Position numbers and translations under genes: made by a program. The notes beneath the pieces are model-generated. The model ran no database searches and was not told the origin of the DNA. It saw nothing but the letters and a program-made list of their open reading frames with translations. Positions 1 through 11,226 of a DNA stretch of 64,000 nt are shown piece after piece. The stretch's first letter is position 1. The number at the start of each line of letters is the position of its first letter. This DNA is from Candidatus Latescibacterota bacterium (GTDB taxonomy: Bacteria > Latescibacterota > UBA2968): assembly GCA_965204375.1 (NCBI GenBank), contig OZ241986.1, positions 2,272,001 through 2,336,000 on the forward strand, in the 5' to 3' direction.

Positions 1-292
1 CCCCCACCAATCCCATCGCCAGAATCGCCCACACTTCAGTACTCGTCAACGTCCAGGGGGCCTGCCATCGACGCGCGATTGCATTGCCCAGAGTCAACAC
101 CACATAAGGCGCGAACAACGCGATCGGAAAATGTGTGATATTCATACGCGCGGTGTGGGCGATATACTCGACATACGTATTCCACCCAATCACCAGCAAC
201 GCGAGTGCCAACCCCACAATGATCGACCGCGCAGTCACACCTTCCCGCGCGGCGAGTGCATCGCGATCAACGATTCCCTCCCCAAGTGCCAT
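1..292 (-). CDS. 5' part of a DUF6785/DUF6784-like polytopic membrane protein (runs off the window start)
   Basis: Manual translation MALGEGIVDRDALAAREGVTARSIIVGLALALLVIGWNTYVEYIAHTARMNITHFPIALFAPY...LTSTEVWAILAMGLVG aligns by eye with the N-terminus of 29002..30933; AGGAGG RBS upstream of ATG at 292. Confidence 0.75.
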   Translation of the reverse strand, partial: MALGEGIVDRDALAAREGVTARSIIVGLALALLVIGWNTYVEYIAHTARMNITHFPIALFAPYVVLTLGNAIARRWQAPWTLTSTEVWAILAMGLVG

Positions 293-333
293 CGTATAGT
301 ATTTCCTCCTGTTTTAGATATCACACCAGTTCT

Positions 334-795
334 TCAGGGCTTCAATTTTTCAAAAAATCGTTGGCGATCCCGCTGAAAAACAACCCGCAATTCTTCTGCG
401 ACCTCCACGAGATGCGAGAGTTTATCAAATTCCAATTCTGAAAGATATGCATGCCTGAAAAAATGTCGAAATCGGCGCAATTCATCTAAGAAGGTAAAAG
501 CCTCTTCAGATATACATGCAGGGCGAACCCCCTCAATTGTCAGGCGCATTCGGCGCAACAAATCTGTGTGATAACGCTCGCCCGCGATATTATTTTCAAA
601 AAATTGGGCAACCGTTTCGAACACCTGTTCAAAAACGCAATAGAGGTTGTGAAGCTGATATCCCATGCTATCGAGACTTTCTGTGCGATTGCCAAATTCG
701 GAATGTCGTTCCTCAATGCGCGCATAGATCTGATCAATCTGTCCACAGAGATCTTCTACTTCGGCCTTCAACAGAGCGTATTTTGCCTCATCCAT
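334..795 (-). CDS. HEPN (HepT/DUF86-like) RNase toxin
   Basis: LHNLY motif and Rx4H motif (RHFFRH); overlaps the upstream MNT gene. Confidence 0.85.
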   Translation of the reverse strand: MDEAKYALLKAEVEDLCGQIDQIYARIEERHSEFGNRTESLDSMGYQLHNLYCVFEQVFETVAQFFENNIAGERYHTDLLRRMRLTIEGVRPACISEEAFTFLDELRRFRHFFRHAYLSELEFDKLSHLVEVAEELRVVFQRDRQRFFEKLKP

Positions 796-1135
796 AGATC
801 TTCATTCCTTTTTCCCGAAAGAGATCGGCAGACATATGCAAATCCAGATCAATCACATCCACATCCCGTTCAACAACATCTTCGATGACCTTCATTACAT
901 CCAAAACGCGCTCAGAAGCTCCACCAATCGCCACATCGACATCGGACTTGTGATCCCATCGATAAAAATAAAGAAGCGATCCAACGATAAATGCCTCGCG
1001 CACGCCATACTTCTCTCGACAAACGTGCAACGCACTCGCCACTTGATCTATAAGCGCGACACGCTCCCTATTTCTCTGCCCGCGTCTTGACTTCAACGCT
1101 CTATCGAGAACATCTGTCTCAAACATATCGCTCAC
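788..1135 (-). CDS. Minimal nucleotidyltransferase (MNT) antitoxin
   Basis: GS...SDVDVA and DVDVIDL pol-beta-type motifs, 115 aa, directly upstream of HEPN. Confidence 0.85.
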   Translation of the reverse strand: MSDMFETDVLDRALKSRRGQRNRERVALIDQVASALHVCREKYGVREAFIVGSLLYFYRWDHKSDVDVAIGGASERVLDVMKVIEDVVERDVDVIDLDLHMSADLFREKGMKIYG

Positions 1136-1180
1136 CTTGATTGGGGATTAGTAGTTAGTCCTCCTGATCCCACCGTCTGC

Positions 1181-1209
1181 AATATATACAAATACACAGA
1201 AGGGAACAA
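1181..1209 (-). promoter_or_regulatory. Putative sigma70 promoter of the MNT-HEPN operon
   Basis: TTGTTC-N17-TATATT on the minus strand. Confidence 0.45.
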
Positions 1210-1220
1210 TGAGCAATGAA

Positions 1221-1253
1221 TAAAAAACTCCCGACCTCTTTCAAGGCCGGGAG
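1221..1253 (-). terminator. Rho-independent terminator
   Basis: Stem CTCCCGACCT/AGGCCGGGAG with a T-run on the minus strand, downstream of 1280..1918. Confidence 0.7.
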
Positions 1254-1279
1254 CAATATCTTTTCCGCGGTAACCGATT

Positions 1280-1918
1280 TTATCTAAAAAACACCGACAC
1301 GCCACCCTTCACAAAATGGCGTTTGATACGATCTTCCCCTGCAAATAAGACCGAATACCCATACATCGCGGTCAGAGCCGTGTGTTTTGACAGCACCTGG
1401 CGCGTACCTGCGCCACCGCCCAATTCACTGACATTGCCCCATCCCCAAAAATCGCGTGCGGCAAAGGCTTCTACAAACGGAAAGGTGCGCCTTTTAATCT
1501 GGATGGGAATATTCAACCGATAAAAACCCGACACCGAAGACCCAAACCCGTCATCCACCGTCAAATAACGCCCCCGAGCATCTATCGTTGCATTGTCCAG
1601 CACTTGCGTTAGATCATCCCGGTCGGGAGAATCGAGACCGGCGCGCCGGTCATATTGTCTATTGCCCGCAATAAAAGAACCGCCAATTTGATGCCATCGG
1701 CTAAGCGAATAAGCCACTTGAATCCCCGCGCGATAGAACAAGCCGCGATTGGAAAACCGCACAGACATAACCGGCGTCACTTCCAACTGTCCCGCGCGAA
1801 TAGGACCTATATTGACCTCTCCTTCACCCGTTTTTTCTTCTTCACCGACCACATCGGCCTGGGCAGGTGCGCCCAACGCCAACAGCCCGGCAACCGTACA
1901 CATCAGCCAGTATTTCAT
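1280..1918 (-). CDS. Exported protein, probable small outer-membrane beta-barrel
   Basis: Signal peptide MKYWLMCTVAGLLALGAPAQA after a GGAGGAG RBS; alternating aromatic strands; C-terminus GGVSVFFR. Confidence 0.6.
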   Translation of the reverse strand: MKYWLMCTVAGLLALGAPAQADVVGEEEKTGEGEVNIGPIRAGQLEVTPVMSVRFSNRGLFYRAGIQVAYSLSRWHQIGGSFIAGNRQYDRRAGLDSPDRDDLTQVLDNATIDARGRYLTVDDGFGSSVSGFYRLNIPIQIKRRTFPFVEAFAARDFWGWGNVSELGGGAGTRQVLSKHTALTAMYGYSVLFAGEDRIKRHFVKGGVSVFFR

Positions 1919-2119
1919 AGCATCTCCTCCTGAAAGGTTCTTCCCCGGCACTTAAATTAAAATATCCAAAAGAACCCCGACTGTCAATGGCTCTTATCCA
2001 CAGCCAATGCCAATACACCGTGAACTTTTTGAAAACACGCATGTATTGACTTGACGTACCTTCGTATTCCCCATTAATTGTTGCGCTGGCACGCGTGCCG
2101 CATTTTCGAAAGGACTCTC

Positions 2120-3100
<981 letters not shown>

Positions 3101-3116
3101 CCAAAAGGAGCATAAT

Positions 3117-4172
3117 ATGTCTCGCATCGGACGCGCCGCAGTAATGAGCGGCGAAAAATTTGAAATACGCGAATATCCCGTTCCCGATCCAGAACCGGGA
3201 TCGATTTTGCTCAAACAAGAACTCGCCGGCATCTGCGGCACAGACCTGCACAACTGGGAATATCAGCGATTGCAGGGCGAGATCATTCTCGGTCACGAAA
3301 ATGTCGGCATCATCGACAGCCTGGGATCCGGCGTGGAAACCGATTACCTGGGCAATCCCATCGCGCCCGGAGATCGGGTACTCTTCGCACCCGGCACAAA
3401 TCGCGGCGCGTACGGTTTTATACAAGCCGAAGAGTCCCCCTATTTGCGGGGCGGATTTGGCGAATACATCTACCTGTGGAACCCCGATACAGTCGTGCTC
3501 AAAACCGATATGCCCGCCGAAGTTGCGGTCATCACCGAGCCTTTTACCATTGGCGTACACGGCGCAATGCGTTCCGGCTTGCAATTTGGCGACACCGTCG
3601 TCGTACAGGGATCGGGAGCCATTGGCCTGCTCACACTCGTCGCCGCAAAAGTCAGCGGCGCGGGGCGGCTCATCATGGTCGGTGGTCCCAAAGGGCGTCT
3701 GGAACTGGCAGAGCGACTCGGCGCAGACCTCACCATCGACATCGCCGACATACCCGACCCCGACGAACGCACGAAAATCGTGCGCGAAAACACGCCCCGC
3801 GGCGAAGGCGCCGACGTCGTCTTTGAATGCGCGGGATTTTTGCCTGCCATTCCCGAAGGCGTCACATTCCTGCGGCACAGCGGCACCTATGTCGCCATGG
3901 GCCATTTTGTCGATGTGGGATCTTTTGACTGCAACCCCAACCAGATGTTTATGCGCCGCAACATGCGCCTCGAAGCCGTGTGGGCAAGCGCGCCCGAACA
4001 CTTTGTGCGCGCACTCCCCATCCTCGAGCGAAACGAATACGCCTTTGCAGACCTCGTCAGCCACACCATACCCATTGACCGCGTAGCCGAAGGATTCAAC
4101 GCCCTGCACAGCGGATACCATCTCGACGGCAAAGACACAATAAAAATTGCAATAAAAGGCGGGTTGGTATAA
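3117..4172 (+). CDS. Zn-dependent medium-chain dehydrogenase lacking the structural-Zn 4-Cys loop
   Basis: GICGTDLH, GHE, GSGAIG; AGGAG RBS before ATG 3117. Confidence 0.9.
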   Translation: MSRIGRAAVMSGEKFEIREYPVPDPEPGSILLKQELAGICGTDLHNWEYQRLQGEIILGHENVGIIDSLGSGVETDYLGNPIAPGDRVLFAPGTNRGAYGFIQAEESPYLRGGFGEYIYLWNPDTVVLKTDMPAEVAVITEPFTIGVHGAMRSGLQFGDTVVVQGSGAIGLLTLVAAKVSGAGRLIMVGGPKGRLELAERLGADLTIDIADIPDPDERTKIVRENTPRGEGADVVFECAGFLPAIPEGVTFLRHSGTYVAMGHFVDVGSFDCNPNQMFMRRNMRLEAVWASAPEHFVRALPILERNEYAFADLVSHTIPIDRVAEGFNALHSGYHLDGKDTIKIAIKGGLV

Positions 4173-4183
4173 ACTAAACAACG

Positions 4184-4235
4184 CAAAAAATAAAAAACGG
4201 CGATGGACATAACATCCACCGCCGTTTTTTTGTTT
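4184..4235. terminator. Bidirectional Rho-independent terminator
   Basis: AAAAAACGGCGATGGA...TCCACCGCCGTTTTTT between convergent genes. Confidence 0.8.
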
Positions 4236-4244
4236 AAGGGTTAA

Positions 4245-5366
4245 TCAGAAACTAATCGCGGCACTCACCATCTGCACGGGATCGGTGAAAGACGTATTGA
4301 AATGCTTGAACGCATAATCGATGCGAACGCCTTTTCCGGCCTCGGTTTTGTAATCAATGCCGCCACCGAACGAATAATCTTCCAGATCGTGGTTGTTCTT
4401 ATACCCACCGCGCAGGGCAAAACCCATCGCAGAGGTCGCCTGCTTGAACCGATATTCTACACCCACAAGCGTGCGCTCGTCGAAATCTATCGGACTGTCG
4501 ATCTCGGTGACGAGATTCAGATGATGCGGCACAGGGGTTCGGCCAAACGTCGAAATCAGATCGAAGACAAAACCCAGACGGAATGCCCGGGGCAACTCGA
4601 AATGCTCGCGCTGAAACTGAGACTCCCCTCCCGGACTGAAATTCCGCACACTCATAGCAATCACCAGATTCCGGAATCCCGTATTGAAATAGGTCCCAAT
4701 ATCCACGGCAAAAGCATTGAGATCATTCGACTGCGTTTGCCGACTACCGGCGACAAAGACATCACTTGATCCCAGCCCCTGATGAGCAAAACGCGCCATT
4801 GCCCCTACTGAAAACCGATCGGTAATCTGAAAACCCCAGCCTGCAGACAGGGCGTAATTCGTCGTGGTAAATGGACCCGTCTCGGTGAACCCCACACTGG
4901 CTGGATCGGGATTGATTGCAGTGCCGTTGATCTCTCCCGCGCTGTGCGTGACAAAGCCCACGCCAAAGGTACCCGGTGCATTCGGAATTTTGAAAACCGC
5001 ACCGGCAACCTGGTGATTTGTCTCAAAAATCCATTGGGCATGGGTAAAAAACGCCTGCCGTTCGTGTACAAAACCCAGCAGACCCGGATTTAGAAACAGC
5101 GCACCCGACGCATCGCCGATCAGGCCCGCGCCCGCATCGGCCATCGCGGCTCGCCGCGCATCTGTGGAAAATCCGAGAAACACAAAACCGCTCTGTGCGG
5201 ATTTCACGCCCGAAGGTCTGACTTCTTCCTGATTGGGATAAATGGGTTCCAGATCGCGAATCTTTTCGCCGCCGAGAACCCGGGGATCTTCAAATTGTGC
5301 ATTGGCCTGCACGCCGGAAAGGACGAATGCCAGCAGACAGACCCAGATAATATTATGTAATTTCAC
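4245..5366 (-). CDS. PorV/PorQ-family outer-membrane beta-barrel
   Basis: Signal peptide; FLGFSTDARRAAMADA...ALFLNPGLL N-terminal motif of PorV/FadL-like barrels; RIDYAF; C-terminal F. Confidence 0.8.
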   Translation of the reverse strand: MKLHNIIWVCLLAFVLSGVQANAQFEDPRVLGGEKIRDLEPIYPNQEEVRPSGVKSAQSGFVFLGFSTDARRAAMADAGAGLIGDASGALFLNPGLLGFVHERQAFFTHAQWIFETNHQVAGAVFKIPNAPGTFGVGFVTHSAGEINGTAINPDPASVGFTETGPFTTTNYALSAGWGFQITDRFSVGAMARFAHQGLGSSDVFVAGSRQTQSNDLNAFAVDIGTYFNTGFRNLVIAMSVRNFSPGGESQFQREHFELPRAFRLGFVFDLISTFGRTPVPHHLNLVTEIDSPIDFDERTLVGVEYRFKQATSAMGFALRGGYKNNHDLEDYSFGGGIDYKTEAGKGVRIDYAFKHFNTSFTDPVQMVSAAISF

Positions 5367-5385
5367 AACAACCTCCTCGTCTGAC

Positions 5386-7605
5386 CTACCGAATAACCAC
5401 GAACTTCTCGATATCGGTTTCGCCCGTGTCGGGATTGGTAATATGCGCTACGTACACGCCACTCACAATGAACTGATTGTTATCATTTGCCATCAGCGGC
5501 CACTCCTCGTCGCCCGACCCCGAAACGTGATCAAGCCGCGTGACCAAGTCGCCCTGAAGCGTAAAGATCCGGATAATAGCCCGAGCGGGCAGGTTCACAA
5601 AGAGCAATTTGTTGGGCTGTCCCGTGAAGTTAAAACCGCCATCCGACAAATTACCACCCAAAATACTGTAGGGATTGGGCACGACGCGAACGCTTGTCAG
5701 ATCGTTGACGGGAGCCGAAAATGGACTCACGCCATTGCCGAGACCGCGCGTGGCGAAAATACTGCTCTCTTGCCCATCGGCATCCACAGCCGTCACCGCG
5801 TAGAAATACCGCTCGCCGCGCACGACATCGGTGTCGATATAACTGGTTCCCGTAATGGGCGTATTGCCATTGACCGCTATCGGCGGATCGGGCAAATTGG
5901 TTTGATGGCCGACCATCTTGTAGAGATTGTAGCCCACGGCATCGGAAACCGCTGACCATTCGATCTCATTTTGCGCGGGACCCGATCTGTAAGCCACATT
6001 GGAAGGCCACGACGGACCGAGCGGAAGACTCGGCGCAACCCCGATAGGCCACGATACTTCCTTTCCCTGCACAGTGCCATTGACCGTGCGGCGATCTCTC
6101 CATGCCTGTCGCGCCAGTTCCACGCCCTTCATCAGCGAATCCTGTCCACTATTGAGAAAAGCCTCTTTCTGCTCAAAGGAAATCGAACCATTGGCCCACT
6201 GCGCGCCAACGCGCTTGTTCTCATCTGCATGCGGGCCAGCCACAACCCAGGCTTCTACGATATGAACCCACTCCCCGGGTTTCATATCCCAAGGTCCCCA
6301 GGTCATCTGAAATGCCCACATATCGACAGACGTGGGTTGGTGGTCGGGCGCGTCACTCTGGAAAATGCGCTGGTCGCGCGTCGTGCCCGGCTCCACGATA
6401 AAGTCATAGACCTCGGGTCGGGTATTCCCATCTGAAGAGCGCCAGCTAGAGCCTTCAACGCGCTTTATCAAGCGAGGTTGAGAGGATTCAGAGTTTGGAT
6501 CGTTGATAAACCAGTTGTTCCCATCGGACAAATCTTCAAAAGTCGTGGGATTTTGCGAGACGTAGAGCCAGACCTTGCCCTTGTATTCGGACTCTAAGAA
6601 CTCGCCAGCCGAGATCCGCGCGGCCTTGGCCAGTTCGAGAGCCTCGTGACCTTCGGCGGGCGCGGGTTCGCCGCGATCATCACCATCCGAGCGGTATCCA
6701 GCTTTGTTGGCCGAATCGGCGTCTCTTGCATAGAAGAGCTTTTGCTCGTCGTCGTAAAAATAAAGCTCATCCCATTCGCCGAGCGCGCCGAGGTTTGCCG
6801 TGCGGTGGCGCGAACCAACTTCTACTGCGCCCTCATCCCGCACCTCGCCGGCCGGACCCTGTCCACCGCCTCTCTGGATGTACGCGTTTTGCCCGATGTA
6901 GAGATTCTCAAACACTGGATTTGCTGTGCTCGACTCGGGACTCGGCGCAGACCCGCGCGCGCCCACTCTTGAGTCGGGAACATTGGGCGGATCGGGGCGG
7001 CCATAACTCCGGATCAGGATAAACATATCATCCTGTTCTGGACTTTGCCAGGCATAGAGCCTGCGCCGCTCCGTGAGACCACCTGCATACCCCACCTCGA
7101 GCGGGATCAACAGATCGGCAGTCAGATCTGGAATCACCTGATCGAGGCGGTCGGGAAAAATCGTCCACAGCGTCTGCGACAAATTCACGCCATCCTGCGT
7201 GACAGTTGGCGGTTGGTTGCGGTAAATTTTTGGCGTGAGACCATCACCGAGTTCAAAATGCGTGCGCGTAAAATCTCGCGCGTCTTCCTTATAGTCGTTC
7301 ACAAACTTTGTAAATGGCTTGCCCAGCAACTCGGGCTGGTCGCCCTGAAATGGCTCAAAATAGGAAGGAACATTAAAATTTTCTATGGCAAACTGCCACC
7401 ACCCGTCCATAACCCGCGCATTTTCAGTACGGACATCCGGGTTGGTGAAACCCGTCGCTCGTCCACCCGGGGAATTGATGATGACGAAATAGTCGATACT
7501 GGGCCAGTTTCCCCACATCCTTCCGATCCATTGTGCGCTGGCATCGCTCAATGGCATGAGCAATGCCGCGAACACCAGAAGTGTTGTAAATCGTCTTTGT
7601 ATCAC
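5386..7605 (-). CDS. Secreted protein with FN3-like domain and T9SS-like C-terminal sorting domain
   Basis: Signal peptide; FN3 (W..VSDAVGYNLY...YFYAVTAVD); CTD VRVVPNPY...IRIFTLQGDLV...SGVYVAH...KFVVIR. Confidence 0.8.
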   Translation of the reverse strand: MIQRRFTTLLVFAALLMPLSDASAQWIGRMWGNWPSIDYFVIINSPGGRATGFTNPDVRTENARVMDGWWQFAIENFNVPSYFEPFQGDQPELLGKPFTKFVNDYKEDARDFTRTHFELGDGLTPKIYRNQPPTVTQDGVNLSQTLWTIFPDRLDQVIPDLTADLLIPLEVGYAGGLTERRRLYAWQSPEQDDMFILIRSYGRPDPPNVPDSRVGARGSAPSPESSTANPVFENLYIGQNAYIQRGGGQGPAGEVRDEGAVEVGSRHRTANLGALGEWDELYFYDDEQKLFYARDADSANKAGYRSDGDDRGEPAPAEGHEALELAKAARISAGEFLESEYKGKVWLYVSQNPTTFEDLSDGNNWFINDPNSESSQPRLIKRVEGSSWRSSDGNTRPEVYDFIVEPGTTRDQRIFQSDAPDHQPTSVDMWAFQMTWGPWDMKPGEWVHIVEAWVVAGPHADENKRVGAQWANGSISFEQKEAFLNSGQDSLMKGVELARQAWRDRRTVNGTVQGKEVSWPIGVAPSLPLGPSWPSNVAYRSGPAQNEIEWSAVSDAVGYNLYKMVGHQTNLPDPPIAVNGNTPITGTSYIDTDVVRGERYFYAVTAVDADGQESSIFATRGLGNGVSPFSAPVNDLTSVRVVPNPYSILGGNLSDGGFNFTGQPNKLLFVNLPARAIIRIFTLQGDLVTRLDHVSGSGDEEWPLMANDNNQFIVSGVYVAHITNPDTGETDIEKFVVIR

Positions 7606-7663
7606 ATTTCTCTCCTATGCTTCAAGACGTAAACATGTAAAAAATTATAGATGCCCTCCCAGC

Positions 7664-7698
7664 CCTTCCCCGCACAGACAAAGCCCGAACGGGGAAGG
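7664..7698. other. Intercistronic stem-loop (possible mRNA stability or attenuation element)
   Basis: CCTTCCCCG / CGGGGAAGG inverted repeat between the TBDR and CTD genes. Confidence 0.4.
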
Positions 7699-7730
7699 AG
7701 GGGTAGGTCCCAAGAAATCAAAATAGCTTC

Positions 7731-10700
7731 TTAGAAACTAAACCTGGCGCCAAACGTAATGTCCCGCCGGTCACTAAAGAGGAGCGAAGGCCGTCGTATA
7801 TCCGGGAAATCTAAGACATCGGTACCCGGTCGCTTGCCTTCTTGCAATTTGCCATTTGAATCTACTGTCCAGCCTATCGATTCCATATACGCGCGGAAGC
7901 GATTACCGGTATTCGTGCCGGAATATACAAAGGCCTGACCACCGCCGAAGCTCCCCACGCCTCCTCTGGGCGTGTCTTCGGGCGCAGTCCCAAAAATGTC
8001 GCTGCGATTGCCACCGCCCAGTGTGTGCGTATTTTTGAAATTGAGCGGGTTGGAAATTTCAACGAACAGCATAGGCGATCCCGGCATATCGAACATCTTG
8101 GAAATGCGCAGATGCGCGGCGTATTCATCAACCCACTGTGCGTTGAGCACATTAATCAGCGAAGCATCCGCATTGCCCGGGTTGTAGTTAAACCACTCAC
8201 CCGCCTCGCGATCAAAGTAGAAACCGAGATTCCAGCCGCCCTTGAGCATCCTCTGTTCGCCGCCGTAATCGAGGGGCGTTCGGAAATTGCCACCCAACTT
8301 TATCTGGGGCTTTGCCTTGAATGGCGGCGCGGCATGATTCGGACTCCATTCAAGCACGGTTCTCGAAGGCGTTGAAACCGTCTTCGCATCGCGTATATCT
8401 TGCCACGCTGTGTTGCGAACCCGCGCCTGGCGAATATCATAAGACAAGAAACCGGTAAAGAACTGGCCCCGCGTCTTCTGCAACTTCAGCTCTAGCCCGC
8501 GCGCATCAGTCACAAAGGCATTTTGCGTGTTGCGAGGCGCACCCGTGTTAAATGCTCCCCTGATCCGCACGGCAGGCCAGGCTTCGTTCTCGCCATCTTT
8601 GAAATAAACCGTTCCCGTCAAAAGATACTGCCCCTGGAAGCTGCGTTCATATCCCATTTCATACTGAATCGTGCGCTCCATCTTCATCCACGGATTGCCA
8701 AAAAACTCCAGCGACTGCCCCAAACCGCTCTGCGTGCGATACATATCGCGCGTATTCACAATCTGGTTAAAGTGCCCGTAGTTGATGAACATTTTGCTCA
8801 AATCCGTAATCGGATAAGACGCGCCAAAACGGGGGCTGAAAGCCCAGGTGGTTGGCGGACGCACCTTGCGCACCGCGCGATAAACAGCTTCGGCATCTCT
8901 GCCAAACCACGGGAAATGGGTTTCATTTGGAAGGTCGAAGTAAAGGTCGGGACGATGCCAATCCAGACGAACCCCGGCATTGACCACGATATCGCGATAC
9001 TCCATCCTGTCCTGGAAAAAGACGCCGCCGAAGATCGGGGTTTTCACAAAATAGTTGTTGTGGTCACCCGTCGCGCCGCCCGAAGGTACATCCGATTCAT
9101 TAAAAACGCCATCCCCGTTGATATCGCCACCGTTGGGCAAGTCCGGATCGCTGCGCCCGGTCCACGGAAAGACCACGTCATCGGTTGAACTGACGCGCGG
9201 GCCTTCGTACTCGTCCTTGTAAATGGGATCGCTGAATTCGGGAACCGCGGCTGGCACCATACCCCGGTTTTCGTGCAAATTGAAGTGATGCACCTGAACA
9301 CCGGCTTTAATCTGGTGATGCGGGGTAATCTGGCTGGTGAAATCAGCCGTAATATCGAGATCATCCATGGTGGACCAGTCGCCTGCACGGCTATTGCCGC
9401 CACCGCCCTGCATTCGGAAAATATTGAGAATATCATTGCCACCGGGTTTGTAATTCCAGCCAAAGGGCGCTTCGTTCAAAATCACGGCACCCCGCGCTCT
9501 GGCCGCATCGGCACTATTCTCATCGACCTGTTCGCTCGAACCGTCTGTATGGATGGCTATTGCGGGCGCGTTGGTCAGTTTTTGCGGATGCCATTGCGTG
9601 GTCCAATCCGCACCGCCAAACCGCGCCGTCAAGTTGTAAAACGTCTTGGCCGACAAAGTGTGTGTCCAGGAGACCAACCCGTGATTGCGCTCAATTTGCA
9701 TCTTCTGGAATTCGGCAGCGGGCATAAACATGCGCGAATGGTTATAGTTCTCAAAAACCGCCTGCTGTGTGCGCTGCGGCACGCCCACATTATTGCCCTG
9801 ATGGCTCCCGTGCTGGAATCCCCGGATATACTGCACACTCAATTTGGTCGTGGCCGTGGGGGTAAACGTCAGCTTGAGTTGTGTGGTATTGTCCCGATAA
9901 GAAACCGTGCCCACATCAAAGGGATAGGCCATGCGCTCTTTGCGGCTCGACGCCGTGAACCCCACCTTGTCCTTCAAAATCGGGCCACCAACCGTAATAT
10001 CCCACAAATAATCGTAATCGCGGTCTTCCGGGTTTGCGTTAAACGGACCATCGGCATACGGATCGTCTCCGTCATGACTCCGATGCTGCCACTCCCATAT
10101 CCCCCTGGCCTGCTCAACCGTGGTAATGGGATCGCCACTTACGCCAGCCACCCATGTTCCGCCACCGGCTGTGCGATTTGCGAGTTCCTGATTCCAGCCA
10201 ATAAAGTCCGGCTCACCATCTCCATTGCGGTCTTCGGTAGGCGTATTGGACTGAAAACGCCCCACATCCCACCAGTTTTCTTCAGCATAGAGATTTGGCC
10301 CAAAGTGCTTCTTGCCAGCGGGATTGTACGTGCCTTCTGCCGAAGTAAAAAATCGGCTGGGCTCTTTGGTCACAAAGTTCACAACGCCACCGCGGATATT
10401 CCCGTATTCGGCATTAAAACCACCCGTGAGCACCTGAACCTGCTTGACTGCGGTCTTTGAAAAAGATGTATAAGCGCGCTGATGGCGATTGTCCGCCGCG
10501 GTCACGCCGTCCATGTTAAAACCGATTGCCGTGGCGTTTTCACCGCGAATGGTAATCCCCCATGCATCTTTATCTAAACCCACCTGCGTGGCAACCTGAT
10601 CCCGAATGCGTGCACCAACGGGAATTGTTTCGAGTTGCTCCTGCGTAATCGCCTGCTGCGCATACGATACGTCCATCTGAACCGGGTCGAGGTCGGCAGT

Positions 10701-11078
10701 CACCACAATAGCGTCCAACTCGACCGTCGATTCTTTGAGCTGAAAGTCAACCGTTGCGGTGCGGTCTAAGAGCACTTCCACTTCGGTCTTGGAAACGCTC
10801 TGATAACCCACGAGAGAAGCCCGCACTTCGTAAGTGCCCGGCGACACGCGCAAAATGAAATACTCGCCGTTGACATCGACCGTTGCGCCCATCGTTGTAC
10901 CCTCCACAACGACATTGGCCCCGGGCAACGGCTCGCCAGTATCTGCATCTGTAACGCGCCCGGCAATCTTCCCCGTGGTCTGCGCCTGCAACCCAACCGG
11001 TAAGGCAAGCAACACTGTACACAACAGTGCCACCCAAAATCCCGGCGGGCGAAAAACATCACTGTAAACGTTCTTCAT
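7731..11078 (-). CDS. TonB-dependent receptor with N-terminal carboxypeptidase-regulatory-like domain
   Basis: TTGKIAGRVTDADTGEPLPGANV, plug motif TGGFNAEYG..GGVVNFVTK, FQDRMEY, SPRFGASYPI, C-terminal ARFSF. Confidence 0.92.
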   Translation of the reverse strand: MKNVYSDVFRPPGFWVALLCTVLLALPVGLQAQTTGKIAGRVTDADTGEPLPGANVVVEGTTMGATVDVNGEYFILRVSPGTYEVRASLVGYQSVSKTEVEVLLDRTATVDFQLKESTVELDAIVVTADLDPVQMDVSYAQQAITQEQLETIPVGARIRDQVATQVGLDKDAWGITIRGENATAIGFNMDGVTAADNRHQRAYTSFSKTAVKQVQVLTGGFNAEYGNIRGGVVNFVTKEPSRFFTSAEGTYNPAGKKHFGPNLYAEENWWDVGRFQSNTPTEDRNGDGEPDFIGWNQELANRTAGGGTWVAGVSGDPITTVEQARGIWEWQHRSHDGDDPYADGPFNANPEDRDYDYLWDITVGGPILKDKVGFTASSRKERMAYPFDVGTVSYRDNTTQLKLTFTPTATTKLSVQYIRGFQHGSHQGNNVGVPQRTQQAVFENYNHSRMFMPAAEFQKMQIERNHGLVSWTHTLSAKTFYNLTARFGGADWTTQWHPQKLTNAPAIAIHTDGSSEQVDENSADAARARGAVILNEAPFGWNYKPGGNDILNIFRMQGGGGNSRAGDWSTMDDLDITADFTSQITPHHQIKAGVQVHHFNLHENRGMVPAAVPEFSDPIYKDEYEGPRVSSTDDVVFPWTGRSDPDLPNGGDINGDGVFNESDVPSGGATGDHNNYFVKTPIFGGVFFQDRMEYRDIVVNAGVRLDWHRPDLYFDLPNETHFPWFGRDAEAVYRAVRKVRPPTTWAFSPRFGASYPITDLSKMFINYGHFNQIVNTRDMYRTQSGLGQSLEFFGNPWMKMERTIQYEMGYERSFQGQYLLTGTVYFKDGENEAWPAVRIRGAFNTGAPRNTQNAFVTDARGLELKLQKTRGQFFTGFLSYDIRQARVRNTAWQDIRDAKTVSTPSRTVLEWSPNHAAPPFKAKPQIKLGGNFRTPLDYGGEQRMLKGGWNLGFYFDREAGEWFNYNPGNADASLINVLNAQWVDEYAAHLRISKMFDMPGSPMLFVEISNPLNFKNTHTLGGGNRSDIFGTAPEDTPRGGVGSFGGGQAFVYSGTNTGNRFRAYMESIGWTVDSNGKLQEGKRPGTDVLDFPDIRRPSLLFSDRRDITFGARFSF

Positions 11079-11152
11079 GCTCTACCTCCTTTGGGGTGAA
11101 AAAAACTGCGACGAAAAACTGATACGTATTTTATGATTCTACCTCGAATGTA

Positions 11153-11203
11153 AGTTTATGGACTCTAATTCCCATTGTCAAGCGGAAGTTCGCCCGTTAT
11201 CTT
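11153..11203. promoter_or_regulatory. Back-to-back sigma70 promoters sharing the -35 region
   Basis: Minus strand TTGACA-N17-TAAACT (11181-11153) toward the TBDR; plus strand TTGTCA-N17-TATCTT (11175-11203) toward the GH-like gene. Confidence 0.65.
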
Positions 11204-11226
11204 ATAAAAAAAAAGGAGGTTATAAA

